Shown: one piece after another, positions 25,488-39,419 of the stretch | Layout: every line of letters begins with the position of its first letter | Numbering within the stretch: position 1 is the stretch's first letter | Source of the DNA: Paragordius varius | Taxonomy: Eukaryota > Animalia > Nematomorpha | Reading direction: 5' to 3' | Assembly (NCBI GenBank): GCA_964247055.1 | Contig: OZ176050.1 | Coordinates: forward strand, 6,200,001 to 6,264,000 | DNA length: 64,000 bases | The notes under the pieces: generated by a model | What the model was told of the DNA's origin: nothing | The model's database searches: none | What the model saw: only the letters and a program-made list of their open reading frames with translations | Program-made: the position numbers and the translations under genes

Positions 25488-26765
25488 GCTGCGTAAATTC
25501 AAAATTTGAATTTAAATCCATATGACAATATGTACGAATCTATTAACATATTTTTGTTATTATCTACTCACTTGTTCTATAAGTTAAAAAAAACCTGGCT
25601 TTTCTTTTCTGAAAATGTTTATACAATATTTATGTTTATGTTTTAACCGATATATTATCGGGATTTAATAAAAATAACTGTTTAGTTGTATCATCTTATT
25701 TTTTATATCTACCAAAAACAATGTGGGCTTTGTGTTTGGGAAAAAGTAGGCTAGTGGCATTTATACTAAAGACGGGCCACATGCGGCCCTAAAAGTTATT
25801 TTTTATGGCCCCGAATTATTAACGCTTAAGTTAGAAAGATTGCAAATACATGCGGATGATAGATTAGGACTGATTTAAATATTTTTAAATTTTATCATTT
25901 TTAAATTGATTCATGTCTTTGAAATTTTTACTCACTAATTTATTATATACGAGCTTTGTGCATCATCTCAATATAAGCTTGTAAAAATTGTATTTTTTGG
26001 ATTATTTATGGACACCTTTACCAAAGATTTAAAAATGTCATTGAAGTGGTTGCACTATAATAAACATGTAATCATCGGATATAAGAATATCAGCTTTCTA
26101 AATCATGTGCTCGGTGCATAGATTATTTTTTTACAACACCATGTGCAGTATTTGTGCGATTTTGTAATGAAATCATAAATACAGATTTCTTATTAATTGT
26201 TGGTATCTTATATATTATTTTTAAAAAAAATTTAAATTAATGGCACAAGAGTTAAGTTGCGGTTTATATAGGACCCGTCTAAATGATTTTGGTTATTTTA
26301 TTGTATGACCACTATATTAGACCCTGGGTTAATATCCATCCTCCTAATATTGGGTTTTTTAAGCAAATGTTATTTTGAAGCGATTTTCCAGGAAACGTGT
26401 AGGATCATTCAAATTTAAAAGTGGGAATTTATTAGTGGGCCATTGACCCTGAGTTTAGTTATACCCCCTGTGAAAATAGGTATTTTTATCCGGTTATTTA
26501 TCTATAGACAGAGGGAGAGGCGATTGTGCACACTAGTTATTATATTATATTTTATAATTCGATTTATTAATCGTCTTAATAATGTTTAACAACAGTAATA
26601 TTTTAATTCTTATATATCGATAAATTACCTTTCACTAAAGCTACAAAACAATAAAAAAAATTCCTTTAGTTTTTGACACTTAATTATATTTTGTGTTAGT
26701 TTTCTAACTCAAATTAATTTATATCTGAATATTTAATATGACATTGATATTGTGCTTTTACAGTC

Positions 26766-26965
26766 ATGTATCCTTTTTATCAAAAATTTATTTTTTTCGA
26801 TAAATGGGTATAAATATTTGGTAAAGAATGGAAAAATAAGAGCTCTATGGTATTAACAATATATTCATCAAAAAAGTATAAGAATTACCATAGAGCTTTT
26901 GTTTTTTTCTCTTTACCAAATATATATACCCATTTAAAAAAAAATTGATAAAATAAAGGATACAT
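26766..26965. repeat. 200-bp inverted repeat (foldback/MITE-like)
   Basis: Arms ~26766-26851 (atgtatcc...gagctctatggta) and ~26887-26965 (taccatagagc...ggatacat), imperfect; no clear TSD. Confidence 0.7.
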
Positions 26966-28044
26966 TCGGGTGCAGTTTCGATAAAAACATTTAAAAAAAT
27001 ATAAGTTTCGAAAAATCATCATTTCAAACTTTTAGACGCAAATTTTTCTACAGGCTAATAAACCTCACATATAAATATATATTACAAATTATATGTATTA
27101 TAAATTTAACACCACAACTTTATTTTTTAAAAAAATGATACATTGGGGAACAAAATAATTCATTATATCCTCATTTAAATAAATATTTATAAATATGTAA
27201 TAATTATAAAATTTTTATCAGCCAAATATTTTTGTAATCATTTCTTAATTCACTAATCAAACTAGCTTTTAAAATTATTAAGACTCAATTAATTTACGCA
27301 TTTAATTAGGGTTTATGTTAAAGTTTATAAAGTGTTATAAATAGCCTGTTTGTATTTAAAAAATTTATATCAAACTGTGAGACATATATTTTAAAACTCA
27401 ATTATAAATATAAAATTTGGCGATTATAATAATTTTTCCATGTTGATACCATTGAATTAAATTTAGTTATTTTTTGTTATGAATTAATAATAAATATATA
27501 CCAATTTTATCTCATTAATTATTTTGCGATTCCATCAAAAACTTTTATAACAAGGTTGTATTAATTCAGGCCTTTGAAACAGGCTAAAGAAGCATTGGAG
27601 CTAAGTTGTTTTTCTTAAATTAAAAAATAAACCAGATGGTTCTCTTATATATGAAAACAAGGGAGAGTGATTAGGAAATTGAATTGGGGCCGGTATAGTT
27701 ACAAAAACTTCGGTTTTAATTGGTTAAAATTGTTTCTAATTATGTTGGTTTTCAGATCATACTTGGCTTATGATTCAAGGATAAGGGCAATCATTTTTAA
27801 TTTTTTGCAAAAGATAATTTTTTCAATAAATAAACATACCTGCTAAATATTAAACCAGAAGTATTATTTATACACAATTATTAGAAAAAAAATTAAGTTA
27901 CTTATTGGGACAGATTAATAGGTGTCAAATGTATATGTAATACAAAAAAATAACTGGCAGGAATAAATAAAAGTTGATAGTTATGACTCTAGTAGTATGC
28001 TAAACATCATCAACCATTTATAATTGATGAAAATGTTTAAACAA

Positions 28045-28316
28045 CAGAGGCGTAGCTTGCACTTCTGGCCCCCTGTGCATGAATCCGTGATGAAGCCCTC
28101 TCTCCCTTCATGCAACACCTTGCATTTAAAAAAATTAATCAAATTTAAACCGTAGACAACTCATAAATGGGTGATTTTTGTATGTATAATTTAAATAATG
28201 ACTTTTAAATACCTATTTTTTTGGAAATAAATTTAAAAAATTTGAAATTCAACGCCCCTTCAACTATGGCGCCGGGTGCATCAGCCCCCCTTTCCTCCCC
28301 CTTAGCTGGACCTCTG
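28045..28316. mobile_element. hAT-type MITE
   Basis: TIRs CAGAGGCGTAGC / GCTGGACCTCTG; 8-bp flanks ttaaacaa and ttaaccaa (7/8 match). Confidence 0.7.
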
Positions 28317-29186
28317 TTAACCAAGATGCAACTTAATTCGTGAAACGGAAAAGATGTGTAACATGTCCATATAAAAAATGTCTATGAGAAAAACAATCCT
28401 TCATCAAACGGAAGGTTTTGGCTAAGATACGCATTTAGATGGATGACAAAAAGGGTATTAGGTCTTTTATTGTGAATAAAACTCTCTTTATTTATTCAGT
28501 GTCACAAGCCCCATTTTTTAAACCATTTTTTATTAAAATCCGTGAGACGGTCTTAATAAATGTGTTTTTCTATAATAAGGCGTGGTAAAAGGCAGGTAAA
28601 CCAGTTAAAAAGATTGGCTAAAATGTCAATTGATGGAAAACAGCTTCATTATTGCTTTTCTTTCAGTAAAAGAAATAATGTTGCTAAAATTTAACGAGTC
28701 AAGATAAAGGACCTTATTATTTCCATTTACTTCGAATGTACGAAATCAAACATTCTCCTTAAAATAAGAGAATTTTCGGTTCCGTAATTCATAAATAAAT
28801 TAAATATTCCAAAAAATCTGGAATATATACCAAAATTTTTGATCCTAAATTATCAAACAAGCGTAAACTTACTATAAAACTGAATACAAATAATTCATGA
28901 TAAAAATATCGAAATATTTCCTAAAAAGAATATATATTAAGACAATATTGGATTTATTAAATTTATATATCTATCTATTTGAATTATTACTACTATATTC
29001 ATTCTTGATTTTTTTCAATCAAAGGACAATTCTAAAAAAATAAATTGGTCCTTCTATGTTCTTTACAAAAAAACAGTTATATATTATTTTCAGCCTTTAA
29101 AATCATAATCATCATCATTTTATGCATTAATTTACTCTCTCTTCTCATGACAAAAGAATTATTTTTTGTCATTCTCAAAATGTTAA

Positions 29187-32100
29187 TCATCTCTTTTCTG
29201 TATCGAAACTACAGTAGTTATCTGTGTCGTCAGAATTAACAAGGAAGCAATTTATTCCGTTATTATTTGTTATATTTTTATCATAAAGAGAATTTTCCAG
29301 AACCAAAACATCATCTTTTGGACAAGAAAATATGGTGTCATTTTGTTGTATGCAATTACATGATGTATAAACGGTGTCTGGAGCGACAATAGACATAGCT
29401 GTTCTAAGATTCTGTATAATTATATCGGTTGTTGTGTTGAGGGGAATATCACAATACGTATTATTAATATTATTTCTATCACATGTAATTTGGTTTTCTT
29501 GGTTAATTGTTTCGTGTTTAAGTGTGGTGGTAGGTGATGAGGATGAACTATCATCATTCAAAATAATATCATGATGAATGCTTCTATTAGAATGTTTATC
29601 TATATTTGCGTTGGTGGGATTTGAATGATGATAATAGTTATTTTTAACACGCAATTTCGTGGTGCTTGCATTTGCCACATAATGACTTTTACTATTAACA
29701 TTACCAGGTTCGATAGAAGATCCAACAACATTGTTGTTAGAAGGGTTTGGATTAAGATTTTTAGCATGTTGATTCTGATAACAACTCCGTACTGTCAAAT
29801 TGTAAAACTCTGCACGTACGTGAGAACGACCCTTGACACAAAACATGAGAGCAAGTTTGAAAGTTCTTCTAAAATTTTGTGAAACAAAGGCATAGACTAC
29901 AGGGTTAATACAACTATTAATGTATGATAGCAGCGTAATGTATTGTCGAATAGGTTTAAGCACACCAAAATGGTATTGTGACAAAACTCCGCAACCTACT
30001 AGGAGATTGTTTGTGAGAATCGGACTCCAACAAATTATGTAAAGCAATATAACGATAATGAGAAGCTTGATAATCTATATGTACAATTTTTTAACAGGAT
30101 ATATGAGAAAAACTGAAATCTACGCAACTTAGCTGTAAATATATTAAAAACTATTACAATTTAGTATACTTGTTTATGCATAGATTTTTCATCATTTGCA
30201 ATATTAATTTCCATACGTTTGATTTGGGAATTTTGTGATGACACCCGTCCATATCTAGATATTTAAAATAAATATAATAAGCAAAAAGTTTCTTTGTACC
30301 GCTGACAACGGACATCCTTATAGTGTCCGAAACCGTTACTTTTTATTTTTATATGACACGCTTTTAATGCATATATTTAATACTATTTACGTGTCGAAAA
30401 TAATGTATATTCTACAAGTATAATACCAATTAAAATCAACCTATATAATAAACGTAATTTCCGCAATGATATATTTCCAAATAGTGTCAGTTTAAAATAT
30501 TTTATAAAAAATCTAATTTCATGCCATCATAACAAAATATTGTAAAATTTAACCCTATTTTTTACTTTATATGTTTACGGGAGGGATAGTATGGGAGTCT
30601 ATGCTTACGCACTTTCCGCAACTCAATCACAATACTTATAAAAGTGTAACTCATAATCGAAACGGGAATGAGAAGCAAAAGGCACATTTGATATATGGCA
30701 AAAGCTAATTGATGATAAGGTTGGGGCCATTTTATATCACAGAGATAGATATCTCGATTAGGCACTAATTGATCTAAATGCTATACTTTGAAAATAAGAA
30801 ATTAAATACATTTAGCTGCCAATTTCAAATGTATTAATACTTTTTGCACACAAATTCAACAAAAATTTTACTGTAGAGTTAAATTGGTAAATCATTACGG
30901 TTCTACAAAAACAATTCCGGTTCAATGCCTGATTTTTGTTTTACGGATGTTTTTATTTTCTGACCGTGAATGACGGCATTACGTGTTTAGGTCGGTTACT
31001 AAGCTGAAAATTTAGGGTATTTATTAAGCAGAATAATTGAAAAACTTTACTCTTTCATAAAGAATTGGAATGGCAAGGAGGAATGATGAAGTCCAAATGG
31101 ATGCAATAATATATTGAGTATGAAATCGTGATGTCTTAAATTTGGCTCTCAGTGGATGCTTGATAGCAATGTACCTAAAAACATTAAAAGGATTCATTTG
31201 CGTGTCGGCATCACTTAAAATATAAGCAACATAAAAATTAATGTTTTTATTTTAAGTTTTTTTAAAGTAGAAACCATATAAATTTAATAAAAATATGAAA
31301 CTCACCATTCCCTAATTTAATGCATTGATTTTATTCTAATAACCTTTAACTTTGATTGCGACAATTAAAAATATTTCTATTAAAAAAATTTCCAGAAAAT
31401 GTGATTTTTTAGTATTTGAATGGTAAACTTTACCCATTCGCAAAATATATGGGATTTAATAAATATTTATGTATCAAAATAAGACAGTAAACCTACCATT
31501 TATTTTAACAATTTTATCTAGTTAATTGCCGAAATTCGCAAAGATTTATTCAGAAAATTTGTTTAAGAAAAACATTTTACATAGATTTTGTAAAATTTTG
31601 TATTTGAAATTTCTCTCGGGGTGCGAAAATTTTCTAAAGGGCCGCATGCGCGCAAGTTGGATTCCCTCTTTAAATAAATAATAAACTACCCAAATCAAAG
31701 ATATATGTTATTCACAAATTATAAATTTTGAAATATATGTAAAAGGATATTTAATCATAAACTCTAAAATTAAGTATTTCATCTTAAAGATTATTTTAAA
31801 ATTTGCTAAGCCTCTATATATTAATAAAATGATCTAAGAATGAAGGGCACAATTGATCTAAACATTATACATGTGTATGAGTCAAAAAGTCATTTTTTCT
31901 AATTTTCAATTTCTGGATGGTAAAACTATCAGGTTCTGGAATTCTGGGGCTTACGTTGGATATTAAAAAATATAATCCAAGTGTTTTGTTAGAATTTGCA
32001 ATTAATTATCAACCATGGCTAAAAACTTGGCAAAACAATACATAAATTTACTGTATGAGTAAGTATACATTCCTAGAAAGTTATTAATTATTGCCAAATA

Positions 32101-35100
32101 GTAAATACCACAAAGGGTAGTAATATTGGCTAATATTCACTTTTTGCTGATATTAACCAATAATACTGCCCTTTGTTGTATTTACTATTTGGCAAGACTT
32201 TAAAGTCAAAAACCCGGCGGGCCGCACTTGAAATATATGGGTATTAACAATTTTAATAAATTTCAAACATAACACTGTAAAATGATGGATAGATTTATTC
32301 AGAAAATTTTTTTTAGGAAATATTGATTTCCTAATATTTTGTGAGCATATTTTTGCAAATTACGGATCAATTGTTAAATAGCCGCATGGATACATATAAA
32401 GTTTACCATTTCAATATTGAAAAACCATTCACTTTTAGAAAAAATATTTACCTTTCAACACTAACCGTTGTTAGCGTTAATACAGAACACAGAACTGACA
32501 CATTTTGTAGATAATATGTAAATTTGCAAAGGAAGGCACCCATGTTCCATGTATATGACATAAAAGACACTGCCTAATAAGATAGTTAAAACTTTGTGTA
32601 ATAAAATATCAAATTTAATTAGTGTTACTGTGTAGAATTAATTATATATATATATATATAAATTCACCACTATAATTTTCATTTTCCAATTGTTTGAACG
32701 AGAAATGATCTTTGTTAAAATATCCATTTTAGTATTAATAGTTATTCACAAATATAATAGGAGGTAAAAAAATAGGCGAATTATTTTTAATAAATTATAA
32801 GAGGAATATCTTTAATTTTTAATTTTTTTTAAACCAAAAGACATTTAATTTTTGGTATAAAAAACATTAATTTATTAAGATAAATTACTTACTAAAAACA
32901 CAAGATTTTGAAACCTATCATCATGATTAAACTATTTTTAGGAACTATTTAAAAATCAATAAGTTGCGGCGTTTTCTACTTACAGTTAGTTTTAAATTTT
33001 AAAATGAATCGATATATAGAATATATAATGTGTATAAAACAAACTCATAAATTTTAACCATTATGTCATCACTTCCTCAACAACAACTAAAGAATAGTAT
33101 TTATATAGTGGTTATCGATAATAAAACTAAAATAGATTCCAATTTCAAAATATTAAAAAGTTAAAACGTATCAACACATTATTTATTACATTATTCAATA
33201 TCAAACAAACAGTGGGTAAATTGGAGTTCTTAAACTTAACGAAAGTAAAGTACCTCTCTCTACCTCATAAATTTAAAATGAACAAGACCAGGAACAATTG
33301 TGTATGTGTTTGCTTTACATTATGTATTAAAAAATAGACATTTAACATCTTATATAAAATTTTTATTAATCGTTAAAAAATACAAGATTTCAAAAGCTAA
33401 AATTGTTTGGTGAAATTAAATATTTATAAAATCTCATATATTATGATTGTAAAGAAAATTTCACGAAAAAACATTACATGGACACTGTTATCCCTGTGAT
33501 TTTATATAAATAATTTAACACAAAATGTCACACCCTTTTCACACCAAGATAATGTAAAAGTAATTTATGGCAGTTTTTAAGACTTTTTTATGGCAAAATA
33601 TATTGTTGTAAAATTTATTATAAGAGTTGACTATTTGACACTACTCTCAATTGGTTAATTAAAAAAATATGTAATTAAAGTTTTATGGTAGTTGCTTTTA
33701 AGTTTATAATTTTACTATAAATTATTTAACAGACACTCAAATTCTGATAACTTAAGAAAAAGATTGTTATATTAAGTCTTACTGTTTTATAACTAATAAA
33801 TTATTAATTTATATATAAATTAATATCCCCCAAATAATATTTTTTTGTAAAAGATATAAATAAGGTTTGCAGCTAAATACTGTTCAAACTATATAAATTA
33901 ACGGTGTTAACATTGTTGATTATGAAATTCAGTAAAAGGCACTTTAATAATAACAAGTTTGGTCATGTCAAAATTATAATGCTGGAATGAATCAGGATTT
34001 TTGATAGATAAAAATCATTGATAGTTACAATATTCCTTCCATCAAACACACAAAAAACAAAATGATAATGAGATTGTAAATTTATAAATTTAACCTTGTG
34101 TTAGACAAATATAATTAAATTAATCATGGATAACCAGCCAGTTATATTACGGTATGATTTTTGTAAAAAATCATAAATTTCAAAATTAACCATATTAACT
34201 ACATCTAAACTTTTTACCAAAGTCACGAATGAACCATCAAGTTTTATGAGCGTTCCTTTATAAAATTACGATAGCGAGAAAAATATATATTTCGTTCTTT
34301 ATATGAGAAAATAACTATTTAAAACGTCTGAAATCTCAAATCTCTACTTGGGTTATGTTTGGTCACATTTTGTCCTGATGATGAAATCAAAAAAGGCCCG
34401 TATTTTATACGGTTTTCATAATGCTGCCTGTTTCTTTTTCACATTGAGGGTTAGAAAACGCACCCAAAATTATATTAAAATTAAAGTTAGTAGTTACTAT
34501 CGATTTTATGATTGATTGAGAGCGTAAATGTATATTTTTTAAGACTTATTTAAATAGGACATTCCATACTCACAAATCCGAAATACCATAGTGGAGAAAA
34601 TGCATCTGATAGTTTAATTTAATTGTGTCATGCAGCTAAAAACTAAAAAATAGATATGGTACCGGTTTATGTATTCAAAAGCATTCCAACCATGGAAAGT
34701 GACCGCTTTAAAAGCAACATGTCAAAAATCTTCATACGTTTATCAGGTTATTATATTTTATATAAAATAATTGCATAAAATTTAAATTTGATGGGGAAAA
34801 ATTAGGCATGCTAAAAATTTATCAAATATTAATTTCTTTTAAAATTATAGAAGCCAATTCGGACGATTAAAATCGATTTGTTTGGTTCGATCACATATAT
34901 GTCCTAGTGCAAAAAATCGGGTTAGATAATTTATATCAGTGGTTCCCAAAAGGGGTGCAGGGGGCGCGAAAAATTTATGGGCTTAAATTATGTTAATAAA
35001 CATAACGTTTACTACTATTTGATAATTAGATTAATATTATTTAATCAGAGGGAAATATGCTACGGCGTCTATATGATGAAAAATTATTTTTTTTGGACGA

Positions 35101-35653
35101 TGCAGGCTAATTAGAACTTTTTCGTATTTTTCTAATTCAGATTTTCAACTAGGAATCTACTTTTAGTTGATTTCTAAAATTGCAAAATATTTAATCATAT
35201 TATTACATATCTCCAGGATTCGATAAACATATTTACAAACTGCTTGGATTTCAAAAGCTAAAAATAATGAATTAGTTCAGTTGTCAACCTTTAATTCTAC
35301 TTCAAATCCATTATCTCTAATTAATTCAATAGTTGATAATTATGCATTCCTTGTGGAGGTATTGCTATATACATTCAAGATCCCTTATCTGGTACCAATA
35401 AAATTTATTAATGTAAACCCTTCCGATAGAAGTAAAGGAAGATGCATTTGAGTTTTAATATGATTAAATCTACTAAAAATCACTGAAAATTTTTGGATAA
35501 AAGCACATAAACTGTGTTTGAGTCTACGAGTCAACTTAATTCATGAGTGTCATATCCGAAAATCGCCTAATAGGGGTTATTATGTTTAAAATATATTTTG
35601 TCAATCTATTCCAAAAAAGTTACTAAAAAATATTAACAATATTTAATTAGCAA

Positions 35654-35692
<39 letters not shown>

Positions 35693-38600
35693 TTTTAACT
35701 TATATATAAACAAAAGTTTAACATTTTTGTACTGGCTAAAATGGGCTGATATATAAATTTTGGCGATTTTGTTGAAGCGTAGTTTAAGGTTTCTGAAAGC
35801 TTGGTGCTACTGAAAATTTCTATCTTAGATATTAGTTCAAAAATTATCTTAATTTCGAATTTGGGTAATTAAAATCCAGAGATGAGCGAATCCTTATATT
35901 AAATTTTGTGGCAATTGAAATCTTCAGCAGTATTGATTTATAAAAAAAAGTGTGTTTATAATATTTTAAGTGATTTACAGTTTCCATCATGTAAAAACAT
36001 CATGAAATAAGATTTAACGAATTTTGTCAAAATTTGTTAAAACAAAGTACGCTTTTTTATAAATAAATTTTTATATCCATAATCTAGCATATGTTAAAAA
36101 TCTTATCGCGCAATCTTGGCTATTAGTGTAATATTTAATTATACAATATCATATGTTAGGATTAAAGTTTGTATTTATTATGGTATTTTTTAATCTTGGT
36201 GCCTGACTTCCTATGGGTTGGTTTCTAAAAATAATTTTGCATATGTTGTCTATAAAACTGCGTCAATCGGAGGTATAAAAATATTTCAATTATATATATT
36301 ATATTAAGAATAAATGTAGGTAATTTTGGTTTTGGAAAAGCGTGATATAAGATAATTGCATTGTGTTAGCACGATATCGAACAATTGCAAAATTATCGCA
36401 CATTATTTCAAATAATTGTTTGGTGATGCTTTTTTTCCAAATATCATATAAACATATGATAAATACATTTAAAAAGCAAAACAATTATTTATAAAATTTT
36501 AATTGTCGGTAAGCTCGGAAAGTAGGCTAGTTCTCTTAAAAAAACGCATAAATGCCCGCGATACACCTTTTTAATACTGCTAGATTTAGATCTTTCAATA
36601 ATAATTTTTTTTACATATTAAGTAATATCAATACAAAATTATATTATTACCTAATCTCATTTGGATAAAATATACAGAGATTTAACAAAATAAAAATGAA
36701 ATTGTCATCTTTTGGATGCTACAAGAGAAGTGATGAACGATGATAAATTGTAATAACCATGTTGTGGGCAAAAGCTTTAAATAGAATGCATAGATTTTAC
36801 AAATGTTTATACTGGTCAAAAATATATTTTCAACAAATACTAGCTCTAATATTGAAATAAAATTTTTTAGGTTTATGCTAAATAAATATTTTCAAAAATA
36901 TATTTGGAAAATTGTATAGAAATTAATTTAATACATTTGGATTCAAAAATGGAAACATTCTTAATTGTGACAATTGTAATAATACAACTATATGTACGGA
37001 GTAATAATGAATGAAAAATCATTTAACTAAGCATTTTACATGAAACAAAATTGCGTTTAACAAGCAGGAAAAGCGCAAATTATTTTGTTCAAAAACTTTT
37101 TTTTACAGTTTAGAGTTATTTTTTCTTTCCTAACAATTTATGACCTAATTTATTTCCCAGGGCCATTTAAAATCTTATTAATTAAAAACCTTTTAGCTTA
37201 GGGACAAATTTAAATTGCTTAAAATAATGTAAAATTATCATCTCAAACTTTAGCCGCCATTTTCTTTAATTTTATAATCTGGAACCTAACATGGTTTAAA
37301 AATATAAATAATTTTAACTTTGGAAGGTTTTTAAATTACAATTGACCAGAAATTTTTTATACAAGCATTTAACAGCTTTTTGTTTCTTGGAGGTATCTGA
37401 ATTAGGGACTCTAGAAGTTACGAAACTGCGAAAAACAGAAAAGGAGGGTTTGATAATTTAATTTAAAAAAACACCTTTCAAAACAGTAGTTTGGATACTT
37501 CTAGCTCTGGGCCAAAACATTAACCCAAAATGTCATTGCGTGCAAAAATAAAAATTTAATGAAGTTTTAACTATAGGGTGATGAAATTATCTTAAAGAAC
37601 CATCAATACTTTAATAATCACCTACCCAGTATGTAAAAGATACTAATCTGAAATGAGATTATCTTTTCACAGATTAATAATGATTTATAATTTTTTGATT
37701 TTTTTATTAAATATGTATTGGTCCAGTATAATGCTTTTTAGGTTATTATATTTTTTTAATAAGATTTTTGCATTTCTGTCTGTGTTAACAACAAAATGGG
37801 TGTCTATTACGATAAAACAGATACTATGTATGCGAAAATAAATTTATATTTATATATTACTAGCTATAAAGGGTAAATCAAATATGATTTATCAAAATAT
37901 AATTAATTTATATTGTTTTTAACCTAACGAATTCTTATGTATAAATAAAATTAATAACATGACATATAAATTTCAGAACAAGGGTTGAAAGAAATATTTT
38001 GACAAAGGTTAAACAGTGGTATTAGGGGGATTACTAAAAATAACATTATATTTGTTCATCGCTCACAAAAAATCTCTTTATTATTATTATTACTATAATA
38101 TTAAAATATGTTTTTAATTTATTTTCGATTGTAATATAAAGCAAAGATAATCCATTCTTTAAAATGGGGTCAATGGTGTATTGAGAACAGCCTAAAAAAT
38201 AATTAAATTTAAACTACATTTAGAGACATAACAATATTTGGAGAGAATAAAATTCTATTGATTTAAGTAAATTGATTTATATGATGTTTATCAATCCTTG
38301 ATTTATCAGTTGGTGTAATATATCACTTTACCATGTTAAAGTAAAACTCAGAATACCGCGCAATTTATAATTAAAATTTATAGCCGTTTCATTCTCTCGC
38401 ATATATAATAAAAAAATCGCTTTCACAAAAAAAGATTACGGTTTTCACTAACAAAGCATGATGCCACGCTACTTTTGAAAAAATATATAAGTCCTAGTAT
38501 TTAATCTATAATCTTTAAATTAATTATACCCTCAATCTGAATTAAGAGTTTGTGAATATTAGTTATATAACAATAAAATGAAATTTAGTAAATTTTTTAA

Positions 38601-39419
38601 AAAATTTGCAGAATAATATGTATTATATATACTACCCTTCTGTAAAAGTTTGTAAAATTTCTTAAAAATGCTTATGATGCGGATATTAAGCCATTTTTCC
38701 CACAAATTGGGTCCATATTTATGAAACATCTGTATTTACTACCACTCTTGGCAAACATAATGCTGTTTTAGGGACATAAGCACAGTCAGGCCTAAATAAA
38801 TTTTTTTAATGTTTATTTTGCGGCTAACCCTACAACCGCTATAATTGGATTTAAATATAAAAATAAGTATAATTGTGACAAGTATCCAAATTTAATTGAG
38901 GAATGGCGTACTAATAGTTAAAACTATTGATTTCAGCTCGAAATGACTCGTATGCCATTGTGTGTATGGATTTTATGAGAAATATAAAATGTCAAGAAGT
39001 TAATTATATCTTCCACCGGGTCAAACCTAGTTTATCATATTTACTTATATATCACACTTTTTGGAAATGCCGTATATTTAAAGTTAAAAATACTTTGTCG
39101 GTTACAAAAAATAAAGAATTACCTTGATTGGCACACAAATCAGGATGATAAGCAAATCAGCTATAGCTAAGCACATGAGAAGTAAATTTGTAGAATTTCG
39201 CATCCTTATGAATGTACTGACAGAAAAAATTACCAAAGAGTTTCCAATCAAACCGATAAGAAACGTAATCGCATAAGCTGTAATAAATGGAATATCCTCT
39301 CTAAGAATGGCAAAAGATTTAGCCTGAGCATATAACATTTCTTCCTCTTCATAAGTCATATTATTATTATTATTATTATTCTCCACGGATGAATTGATTA
39401 AGTTACTATAGTTTAACAT
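29187..39419 (-). CDS. Class A (rhodopsin-type) neuropeptide receptor-like GPCR, ~592 aa, 7 exons
   Basis: Exons 39419-39123, 32573-32452, 31174-31051, 30780-30579, 30360-30300, 30254-30170, 30074-29187 (1779 nt, in frame). GN in TM1, LAIADL in TM2, WNMGAFLCK, VERYIAIKHP, ICWSP, NSCINPVVYAF. Confidence 0.9.
32091..32195. repeat. 105-bp near-perfect palindrome/hairpin in GPCR intron 2
   Basis: 46-bp arms, 42/46 Watson-Crick pairs plus 1 G:T pair, 13-nt loop. Confidence 0.85.
35659..35688. repeat. (TA)n microsatellite
   Basis: Pure TA run; similar runs at ~53135-53165 and ~57654-57681. Confidence 0.9.

Noticed and set aside
25336-25521. Out-of-frame upstream ATG ORF over the SLC22 start, and AG dinucleotides just before several start codons (possible trans-splice acceptors)
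   Set aside because: AG and ATG are frequent by chance, and the transcription start is unknown.
34928-34985. CAGTGGTTCCCAAA hAT-like terminus; similar GGCCGC-rich remnants near 25770, 31640, 32220 and 41860
   Set aside because: No matching opposite end or TSD found.
35350-35400. GGIAIYI, resembling a LINE APE motif
   Set aside because: Too short, with no convincing neighbouring motifs.
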